Shown in pieces: positions 1-8,065 of a stretch of 64,000 bases of DNA. The position numbers and the translations under genes are program-made. The notes beneath the pieces were generated by a model, which saw only the letters and a list, made by a program, of their open reading frames with translations, did no database searches and had not been told where the DNA came from. How positions within the stretch are numbered: position 1 is the stretch's first letter; every line of letters begins with the position of its first letter. The stretch lies in assembly GCA_964019335.1 (NCBI GenBank), contig OZ025746.1:1-64000 (forward strand), in the 5' to 3' direction. Source of the stretch: Diplonema japonicum (taxonomy: Eukaryota; Protista; Euglenozoa: Diplonemea).

Positions 1-1246
1 GGGTTTGCGGGTTTGCGGGTTTGCGGGTTTGCGGGTTTGCGGGTTTGCGGGTTTGCGGGTTTGCGGGTTTGCGGGTTTGCGGGTTGCGGGTTTGCGGGTT
101 TGCGGGTTTGCGGGTTTGCGGGTTTGCGGGTTTGCGGGTTTGCGGTTTGCGGGTTTGCGGGTTTGCGGGTTTGCGGGTTTGCGGGTTTGCGGGTTTGCGG
201 GTTTGCGGGTTTGCGGGTTTGCGGGTTTGCGGGTTTGCGGGTTTGCGGGTTTGCGGGTTTGCGGGTTTGCGGGTTTGCGGGTTTGCGGGTTTGCGGGTTT
301 GCGGGTTTGCGGGTTTGCGGGTTTGCGGGTTTGCGGGTTTGCGGGTTTGCGGGTTTGCGGGTTTGCGGTTTGCGGGTTTGCGGGTTTGCGGGTTTGCGGG
401 TTTGCGGGTTTGCGGGTTTGCGGGTTTGCGGGTTTGCGGGTTTGCGGGTTTGCGGGTTTGCGGGTTTGCGGGTTTGCGGGTTTGCGGGTTTGCGGGTTTG
501 CGGGTTTGCGGGTTTGCGGGTTTGCGGGTTTGCGGGTTTGCGGGTTTGCGGGTTTGCGGGTTTGCGGGTTTGCGGGTTTGCGGGTTTGCGGGTTTGCGGG
601 TTTGCGGGTTTGCGGGTTTGCGGGTTTGCGGGTTTGCGGGTTTGCGGGTTTGCGGGTTTGCGGGTTTGCGGGTTTGCGGGTTTGCGGGTTTGCGGGTTTG
701 CGGTTTGCGGGTTTGCGGGTTTGCGGGTTTGCGGGTTTGCGGGTTTGCGGGTTTGCGGGTTTGCGGGTTTGCGGGTTTGCGGGTTTGCGGGTTGCGGGTT
801 TGCGGGTTTGCGGGTTTGCGGGTTTGCGGGTTTGCGGGTTTGCGGGTTTGCGGGTTTGCGGGTTTGCGGGTTTGCGGGTTTGCGGGTTTGCGGGTTTGCG
901 GGTTTGCGGGTTTGCGGGTTTGCGGGTTTGCGGGTTTGCGGGTTTGCGGGTTTGCGGGTTTGCGGGTTTGCGGGTTTGCGGGTTTGCGGGTTTGCGGGTT
1001 TGCGGGTTTGCGGGTTTGCGGGTTTGCGGGTTTGCGGGTTTGCGGGTTTGCGGGTTTGCGGGTTTGCGGGTTTGCGGGTTTGCGGGTTTGCGGGTTTGCG
1101 GGTTTGCGGGTTTGCGGGTTTGCGGGTTTGCGGGTTTGCGGGTTTGCGGGTTTGCGGGTTTGCGGGTTTGCGGGTTTGCGGGTTTGCGGGTTTGCGGGTT
1201 TGCGGGTTTGCGGGTTTGCGGGTTTGCGGGTTTGCGGGTTTGCGGG
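1..1246 (+). repeat. (GGGTTTGC)n 8-bp tandem array, ~155 copies; telomere-like satellite, G-rich on +
   Basis: Near-perfect 8-mer array from base 1 with only occasional 1-nt deletions (near 83, 144, 367, 702, 791); ends abruptly at ...GCGGG|TCGTTGGTT. Confidence 0.98.
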
Positions 1247-1255
1247 TCGTTGGTT
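1247..1255 (-). other. Third SL copy truncated after nt 8-9 by the satellite
   Basis: Same upstream context as the 5004-5042 copy (AAAAAAACGATTCTA-AACCAACGA), followed directly by CCCGCAAA repeats. Confidence 0.8.
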
Positions 1256-1787
1256 TAGAATCGTTTTTTTAAAAAGGGGGACTTGAGAAAATAAATAAAA
1301 AGGGGGACTTGAGAATGTTTTTTTTTTTTTTTTTTTTCTTCAAAAGACACACAAGGCACGATAAATCTTAAGAGAAAATAAAAATATTCCAAAACAGACA
1401 ATCAAGTTCCAACCTGGGAGGAAGGCATGGGTTTCTCTTTTTCTTTATGGGAGGGAGAGGGGAAGAAGAAGAAGCAACTCCAAATGATAAAAATTCAAAA
1501 ATAAAAATCTCAAAAAAGGCTTAAAAGAAGAAGAGGCAAATTCAAAAACATACTAGGGAGGAATGAGTGGGGCAGGGGGTAAAATTTAGGAGGGGGAAAG
1601 AGGGAGAATCAAAAAAGGGGAAAGGGGCAGAGTGACCAATGTCCATGCGAAAAAGCATAGAGCGGGGGAAGAAGAAAATCAAAAACAGGAAAAACACATC
1701 ACCACAAAAGAAAAAAGAAAAAAAAAAAAAAAACGTCGACCGAGATGGTTCCACTTCAAAAAGAAAAAGAAAAAGAAAAACAGAAAA

Positions 1788-1821
<34 letters not shown>
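1247..1821. repeat. Long direct repeat U, left copy
   Basis: Near-identical to 5034-5606, differing mainly in homopolymer lengths and a few substitutions. Confidence 0.95.
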
Positions 1822-1824
<3 letters not shown>

Positions 1825-3395
1825 GTCGGGTCAGCACCAGCTTTCCCCACCATCACTTCCGACATGGCCCAGAGCGACATCAGCCCCCCTATCCAAACTG
1901 GAGTGCTTCCCACCAGAGTGCCCCCTACCGCTAGCCAAGCGAGCTCCCCGGCGGACCATTCATCCCCTCGGGGCCCCACCTGTACCCTTGACCTGCGGGT
2001 GGTCCTCCTGTCGCTCCCCGGCCTCTTCCACAACACTGCCGCATGCAGGAAGGAGGGGGCCATCCCGATGCCCGCCCCCAGCACCTGCCTCACCCCTGGG
2101 ATCAGCAAGAGGGAGAACAGGGCGACCCAGGCCCACGCCCCCAGGTGCTCCCATCTCACCCCTTCCTTGCTGTGTCCCGTCCGTCTGCGGTGCCTCCTTG
2201 TGCCGGCTGCAGCCCCAGGTGCCGGGATTCTGGGTGCCAGGGGTTGGGCTCCAGGCGTTCCCACCTCGGTCCGCTTCAGCCCCATTGCAGGGTCATCTGG
2301 CTTCTGTTCCAGGGCGGCCTCGTGTTCCTCTCTGCAGGCCCTCCTCCTCCCTTCTTTCCTCGCACGACGGTGCCTTTTCTTCTCCTGTCTGGCAGCCTCC
2401 CTCGCCCCCTCCCTCGCCTTGGTCCTCTTCTCCCGACGCCTCTGAAGGGCCGTTTCGCTCCTGTGCCTCCTCCTGTTCTTCTTCCTCTTGGGTGCTGGCT
2501 TAGGTTCCCTGCCACCCATGGCAATCCAGGGGGCTCTTTTCTGTCTTCTCACAAGGGTGTGCAGTGGTGCTCTCACGTCGCTCGCGGCCTCCGCCCCAAC
2601 CACACCTTGGCGGGCGGTGGGGGTGGGTGCTGGGTCCCCCTGGTTGTTTGAAAAGAAAAAAGGTTCCTCCTTGTTTGTTTTTTTTTTTTCTTTCCCTTCC
2701 ACCCTCAAAAAAAGCCCCCGGCCCTTGGGGACCAGGGTGTACACCTCCGTAGAGGGTCCAGAAAAAATGGGGGGCAGAGAGGGAGGGGCACTACCTTCTC
2801 TCGGGCGTGCTGTCTCTCCCTCTGCCTTTTTTTCCTCCGAAGAGGGTCTGTTTTTCACCTCCGTGGAGGGTCCCTCTGGAGAGGGCTCTATAAAAGAAAA
2901 AGGGGGGGACAAATGGGGGGGAGGAACACTACCCTCTCTCGGGAGTGCCACCTCTTCCCCTCTCTCTCTGTTTTCCTCCGAAGAGGGTCTGTTTTTTACC
3001 TCCGTGGAGGGTTCCTCTGGAGAGGGCTCTAAAAATGAAAAAGGGGGGGACAAATGGGGGGGAGGAGCACCACCCTCTCTCGGGAGTGCCACCTCTTCCC
3101 CTTTCTCTCTATTTTCCTCCGAAGAGGGTCTGTTTTCCTCCGAAGAGGGTTCTAAAAAAAAAAAGGGGGCGGGTGGGGCACTATCCTCTCTCGGGAGTGC
3201 CACCCCCCCTTGCCCACAAAAAAGGGGATCTAAAAAAGGGGGTTCGTCTGTTAACCCAGGGGATGGGTCTTCCTGGGGTGTGCGGGTGAGCTTGGGGCCT
3301 ACCGCACGCAGGGTGATCGACACCCTGACACCAGTGGACATCCCGGACGGGATGTGGTGTGTCCACTGGTGTCTCGCTTCACCTTCCAGCTCCTT
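1822..3395 (-). pseudogene. Second AlkB C-terminal remnant fused to 47-aa Pro/Glu repeats, a basic region and hydrophobic segments (core of ORF 1542..3752)
   Basis: LEGEARHQWTHHIPSGMSTGVRVSITLRAVG is a paralog of the first AlkB C-terminus, but the HxD half is replaced by unrelated sequence. The ORF runs into the poly-T of repeat U. Confidence 0.7.
2785..3205. repeat. ~141-bp coding tandem repeat (VALPREG...EPSTEVKNRPSSEEN), 3-4 units
   Basis: TCTCGGG(A/C)GTGC cores at ~2803, 2941, 3082 and 3193. Confidence 0.9.
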
Positions 3396-3616
3396 GGCTT
3401 TTTTTTTTCTTGGCGTCCGCCGTAAAATTGGTGATATTTTGATAAACAAGAGAGGTATGTATGGGGGAAAAAGTGCATGCTCAGTGTTGGGGGGGGTCCG
3501 GAATAGTGGTTTTATCCGCCTCTTTTCACCCATGGGACGGAAAAGCCCCCGCCTTGCCGATCGCGATGGAAGACACGGTTTATGGTTCCCATGCCCCCCA
3601 CCGGAATTAAAATAAA

Positions 3617-3768
3617 TTTTTTTAAAAAGGGGGACTTGCGAAAATAAATAAAAAGGGGGACTTGCGAAAATAAATAAAAAGGGGGACTTGCGAAAATAAA
3701 TAAAAAGGGGGACTTGAGAATGTTTTTTTTTTTTTTTTTCTTCAAAAGACACACAAGATAAACCTTAA
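3617..3768. repeat. Third, truncated copy of the U terminus containing four 26-bp tandem units (AAAAAGGGGGACTTGCGAAAATAAAT)
   Basis: ACTTG cores at 3634, 3660, 3686 and 3712 (26-bp period), followed by the U sequence GAGAATG(T)nCTTCAAAAGACACACAAG. The full U copies carry only two units. Confidence 0.9.
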
Positions 3769-3778
3769 CAAATGGGGA

Positions 3779-3816
3779 CAATAAAGTACAGAAACTGTAG
3801 CTTTAGAATCGTTGGT
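3779..3816 (-). other. Second genomic SL copy (38 of 39 nt), not followed by a GT donor
   Basis: Minus strand reads (A)8-CC-ACCAACGATTCTAAAGCTACAGTTTCTGTACTTTATTG-TCCCC. Confidence 0.93.
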
Positions 3817-3893
3817 GGTTTTTTTTCTTATCCTCCTCCTGGGAGGGAACAAAGGGGGGGAATCTACAATGGGGGGGTTTACAAGGGGGGAAT

Positions 3894-4586
3894 TTACAAG
3901 AGGGGGGACAGATAAACAAGAGAAAGAAGAACAAGAGCGGAGGAAGGGGGGGAAGGGGCGCCTCCCTCTCTCGGGGACACCTCCTTCGCACTCTCTTTCC
4001 TTCTCCCCACAAACACAGTTTTTTTTTTTTCTATTTCCTCCACAGAGGACACAGAGGGGGAGGGGAGGGGCACGGGGCAGCCAACCGTCCGCAGGGTGAT
4101 CGACACCCTGGAGCCCGAAGAACACCCTTCGGGGATGTGGTGGGTCCATTCGTAGCGGGCCTCACCCTCCAGAATGGCCCAGGTGAAGGGAGGCACCAGG
4201 TACTTCGATACCCTGGACCCCTTCTTCAGGACCATCGTGGTCTCTGCACCGTACGAGAGGATGAGGACCACTGGTCCCAACCTCACGTCGTCGGTGTGGT
4301 GGGCGATTCCACACCCAGGCTCGTATCGATTTACGAGCACCTGGTCTGGGGTGATCCCCAGCCCCGCTGCGGTGGCCACCTCCGCCACCCAACCCCTGGC
4401 CCCCTCTGGGATCGGGGTGGTGCGGCGCACTTTGGCACGGGCACCCACCCACCTGAAACCAAATTGGAGGGTTTCCCTCCCTTTGTTCCCCGAAATGGAC
4501 TCCCACCCCACCGAGAGCAAGGTCTCTGGGTGGGTGGGGGCTGGGCCTGTTCTTAAGCCCGGGGGGTGGTCCCCTCCCGTGAGCAC
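3894..4586 (-). CDS. AlkB-family 2OG-Fe(II) dioxygenase (ALKBH8/ALKBH7-like motif set); no in-frame ATG, so possibly frameshifted upstream or a retropseudogene
   Basis: Motifs PPGL...LQFG, VNRYEPGCGIAHHTD (NxY, HxD), GPVVLILSYG, LEGEARYEWTHHIP (distal His) and RVSITLR (Rx5R). Confidence 0.85.
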   Translation of the reverse strand: MLTGGDHPPGLRTGPAPTHPETLLSVGWESISGNKGRETLQFGFRWVGARAKVRRTTPIPEGARGWVAEVATAAGLGITPDQVLVNRYEPGCGIAHHTDDVRLGPVVLILSYGAETTMVLKKGSRVSKYLVPPFTWAILEGEARYEWTHHIPEGCSSGSRVSITLRTVGCPVPLPSPSVSSVEEIEKKKTVFVGRRKESAKEVSPREGGAPSPPSSALVLLSLVYLSPLL

Positions 4587-5003
4587 CCACCCTCCTTTTT
4601 TTCTTTTTTTCCCCCCTCTCAGTCTTCAGGCGGGTGGCGGTGGCGGCTGCGGAATCGGGAGCGGGCGCGCTGGCTGCGGGTGGTTCTATTTTTTTATGTT
4701 TTTTATTATTTTTGACGACATCTAGAGGGGATCTAAGGGAGGGGAGGGGTCATACTGCCCGGCCAGATTTCGGTCTGGTCGGGTGGTCGGCTTGGTCGGC
4801 GTCTCTCGTAGGCGTTCCTCCTGCGGGCGGCGGTCTCCGACGACGTTTCGTCTAGGGTCCATTTTTATTTTTTTTTTTTTTGTGTTGAGGGGGGAGGGGA
4901 TCCTTTGCTAAACGGCAGGCGGGCCGGGCCGAAACAACCCCCCCAGACGACGACGAACGGACACCGAGCGGACGCAGCAGGCACCAACAAAAACACAGAC
5001 GAC

Positions 5004-5042
5004 CAATAAAGTACAGAAACTGTAGCTTTAGAATCGTTGGTT
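5004..5042 (-). other. Complete 39-nt spliced-leader (mini-exon) sequence AACCAACGATTCTAAAGCTACAGTTTCTGTACTTTATTG
   Basis: Length 39 nt, AACNAACG 5' end and CAGTTTCTGTACT(T/A)TATTG 3' end match euglenozoan SL exons (cf. T. brucei AACTAACGCTATTATTAGAACAGTTTCTGTACTATATTG). It is followed by GTCGTC rather than the usual GTATG SL-RNA intron start. Confidence 0.93.
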
Positions 5043-5606
5043 TAGAATCGTTTTTTTAAAAAGGGGGACTTGAGAAAATAAATAAAAAGGGGGACTTGAG
5101 AATGTTTTTTTTTTTTTTTTCTTCAAAAGACACACAAGGCACGATAAACCTTAAGAGAAAATAAAAATATTCCAAAACAGACAATCAAGTTCCAACCTGG
5201 GAGGAAGGCATGGGTTTCTCTTTTTCTTTATGGGAGGGAGAGGGGAAGAAGAAGAAGCAACTCCAAATGATAAAAATTCAAAAATAAAAATCTCAAAAAA
5301 GGCTTAAAAGAAGAAGAGGCAAATTCAAAAACATACTAGGGAGGAATGAGTGGGGCAGGGGGTAAAATTTAGGAGGGGGAAAGAGGGAGAATCAAAAAAG
5401 GGGAAAGGGGCAGAGTGACCAATGTCCATGCGAAAAAGCATAGAGTGGGGGAAGAAGAAAATCAAAAACAGGAAAAACACATCACCACAAAAGAAAAAAG
5501 AAAAAAAAAAAAAAACGTCGACCGAGATGGTTCCACTTCAAAAAGAAAAAGAAAAACAGAAAAATAAAAAAAAAAAAAAGGAAAAACAAAAAGAAAAAAA
5601 AAAAAT
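5034..5606. repeat. Long direct repeat U, right copy
   Basis: Near-identical to 1247-1821. Confidence 0.95.
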
Positions 5607-5735
5607 CTAAGTGGCACCTGTTCCCTATTCTTTTATTTTTCCCTTTTTTTTTTTCTCAGAAAAAAAAAAAAAAAAAGTTTCACATCTTCCTATGGGGGGG
5701 GGGGGGGGGGACCAGCCCCCCACACCCCCGCTGGC

Positions 5736-6905
5736 TTATCTGGCCAGCGAGCCTTTGGACCTCTTCTTGTGGGGTATGGGCCCCACCCGTGCCCTCCCCG
5801 ACTCGAGCTGCAGCCAAGCCACCGCACTGTTCACCGGGGCCCAGTTCTCCTTGTTGCGCACCTTGACCGTGTCCCGCACCAGGTCGTCGCTCCCCAGCTC
5901 TTCCATCAACCTGTGCTCCGCCAAGAACTTGAACTGGGGCCCGGTCATCAACTCTTCGTCTCCATCACCCTTCCCAAGGAAGTCCTTCACCACCCCCGGA
6001 TCCTCGCTTGCACTCGTGGGGTGCGGCATCGTCACCACCGCCCCCACAGAGTACAGCGACTCACTCACCCGGAAGTCCATTGCGCGGAACACGGTCCCCT
6101 CGTACTTCGGCTGCGACACCATTGCTCGGTGCAGCGAATAGGCGAAGTCTTTCATCGGCTCGTAGCGCTGTCGCTCCCCGCGGAACGCCACCCCACGCAT
6201 CGCCGCATTCACGTCATAGCACAAGGGGCTCTCCAGCGTGTACAGCCGAAGGTACGGCTCCGACTTCCCCTCCACCTGCTGCACCGCCCACTCCGCAGTC
6301 ATCTTCTGGAACACCCCACCAGCCGCCCGCTGAGCCGCTTTTAGCTTCCCGCACTTCGCGAGGTGCCGCTCCTTGCCCCCCGCATTCAGCGCCGTCTCAC
6401 ACGCAGCGCACGTCACATACCCCTCGCACTCCGCCCCCATCGCAGCCTCCACCGTCGCCAGCATCGGCCTCGCGCACGACGCACCACCCTCGAAGAACTC
6501 GCTCCACCCTCGGTCCACGTCAATCTCGCCGAGCCCGTCGCTGTACCGGTTCACCCCTCCCTTACTTGCTGGCACCACCCCTCCAGCCACCTTGAACGCC
6601 TTCACCGCCTTCTGCAGCTCTTTCCGTCCCTCCGACACCAGCGATAACACGCAGTTCCCCACATCGCGCTCCTCGCTGCGCTTCAGGAGCTTCTGCATCA
6701 CAGCAATCACACTGTGGCACAATGCGTCGTGCCACCTCCCCAGCGCCACCTCCAGCTCCCTTCGTGTTGTTTCCACGGGCGTAGTGGTTGTGGTTTTCGC
6801 GCTGCCCTCCAACTGTCCACGCAGCTGCTCCACCGCTTCCCACGCTTTCTTAACAGCTCCCTCTCCTGCTGGAGGAGGCGACGTCAGAGACTTCGCAGCC
6901 AGCAC
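5736..6905 (-). CDS. C2HC zinc-finger plus NAD:arginine ADP-ribosyltransferase (ART, R-S-E class)-like protein; first ATG at 6698; C-terminal catalytic loop atypical
   Basis: CAAC-x11-H-x3-C finger; LRLYTLESPLCYDVNAAMR, GTVFRAM (catalytic R) and PTSASED (STS-like). A pyrimidine tract plus CACACAG acceptor lies at ~6941-6975. Confidence 0.72.
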   Translation of the reverse strand: MLAAKSLTSPPPAGEGAVKKAWEAVEQLRGQLEGSAKTTTTTPVETTRRELEVALGRWHDALCHSVIAVMQKLLKRSEERDVGNCVLSLVSEGRKELQKAVKAFKVAGGVVPASKGGVNRYSDGLGEIDVDRGWSEFFEGGASCARPMLATVEAAMGAECEGYVTCAACETALNAGGKERHLAKCGKLKAAQRAAGGVFQKMTAEWAVQQVEGKSEPYLRLYTLESPLCYDVNAAMRGVAFRGERQRYEPMKDFAYSLHRAMVSQPKYEGTVFRAMDFRVSESLYSVGAVVTMPHPTSASEDPGVVKDFLGKGDGDEELMTGPQFKFLAEHRLMEELGSDDLVRDTVKVRNKENWAPVNSAVAWLQLESGRARVGPIPHKKRSKGSLAR

Positions 6906-8065
6906 ACCAGATCCCGCAAAGCCTTTTGCAGGTTGGAATTCTGTGTGAATGTGCGTTTAAAAGAGAAAAAGAAAATTCAATCTTTTAACGTCAAGGTGAC
7001 AAGCCGAACAACGCTCCAAGGGGTGGGGGTGCTTGTAGTCAAACGACACATTGGTTAGGCCAAAGCACCGTTCGTGAGCCAAGTAGGAGAGGGAGGTAAG
7101 GGGTCGCGAGTAACAGCTCCGTTCCAATATCTTCCACTCCTGCAGCTTCTCATCCCGCTTCGCAAGAAAGAACCCCTCACCTTCTAAATCTTCTTCGTCT
7201 GTGTAATTGATCGTCTCCAACCCTGCATAAACCCGCAAGCCCGTTCGCCTCCCTTCCTCTGCTCATATTGGTATATGTAAACAGAACTGTTCTTTCCCCC
7301 CTACTCTTACGGCAAAAAATACAATAAGAAAAAGAGAAAGGAAGCGAGGGGGGAAGTAGAAGAAAAAAGAACAAAAAAATTAGAATAGGAACATGACTAA
7401 AGCACATTACCAGTAAGGGTGTGAGCTAAAGACGCACGGGCATCAGTCTCACAGCTGTCTACAGTTAAGCAATTTTTACAGATTTTTCCTGTTCAAAAAA
7501 AAGGGAGGAGGGGGGGAAAGGTGGGAGGAAGGTGTTGTTAAACACAAGGTGCAATGACCAGACTGCACCTTGTGTCCATCTGGAGAGAGATTCATATGTT
7601 AACGAGTTAATTCGTTCTAATCGAAAATAACATGTCTGAATACGTAATGAAATGAAAGTACAGGCTCTACAGGAAAAGGAGGGCGCGGGCGCCCATTACA
7701 CTTGTATTTCACCCTCCAGACAATGACATCCACATCGAAAAAAAATAGCTAATAGAGAAATAAAAGATAATAAAAGGGAGAATTTAAAGAAAACGAGAGA
7801 AAAAAAAAAGAAAAAACATAAGAAAAAAAAAGAAGAACAGAAAAGAAAGTATTAAGGGTCCGCTACAATAAGTGTCCGTTTAAAGACTTGTGAGACTTTA
7901 ACTTTCTTTTCCTTTTTCTTTTCTTCTTGATCCTCTGGGTTTTTTTTTTTTTTTTTTTTTTTTTCCCCTTTTTTTTTTTAAATTCCGCTAAAGACACAGG
8001 GAGAAAGAAAGAGAGAGAGAAAAAAAGAGGTTTTTAGACTAAACTACTACGACTCGGACATGGTC

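Larger units (their letters stand above)
1247..5606 (-). mobile_element. Putative SL-associated, AlkB-carrying retroposed/mobile composite bounded by ~570-bp direct repeats (period ~3.79 kb); no RT or integrase within the window
   Basis: Direct repeats at 1247-1821 and 5034-5606; SL copies at 5004-5042, 3779-3816 and 1247-1255, each preceded on the minus strand by a short A-tract; internal AlkB ORFs with disrupted starts. Confidence 0.6.

Noticed and set aside
1-1246. Canonical left telomere
   Set aside because: The G-rich strand points inward and the unit is not TTAGGG; it cannot be called a telomere without reads.
5-1286. Three ~420-aa (RVCGFAGL)n ORFs
   Set aside because: Artefacts of a stop-free 8-mer satellite; no ATG.
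3624-3720. CRISPR array
   Set aside because: The units are contiguous with no spacers, and the context is eukaryotic.
3894-4586. JBP/TET base-J thymidine hydroxylase
   Set aside because: The motifs (NxY, GEARYxWxH, RxSxTxR) are AlkB-type, not TET/JBP-type.
4900-5042. Functional SL-RNA gene
   Set aside because: No GTATG-type intron start, no recognisable Sm site or T-tract terminator, and no linked 5S gene seen; not fully excluded.
1247-5606. LTR retrotransposon or Penelope element
   Set aside because: The repeats lack TG...CA ends and a PBS; no gag/RT/integrase/GIY-YIG and no hammerhead core were found.
6957-7238. 93-aa ORF upstream of the ART gene
   Set aside because: Non-ATG start and no recognisable motif; may be a decayed fragment but cannot be supported.
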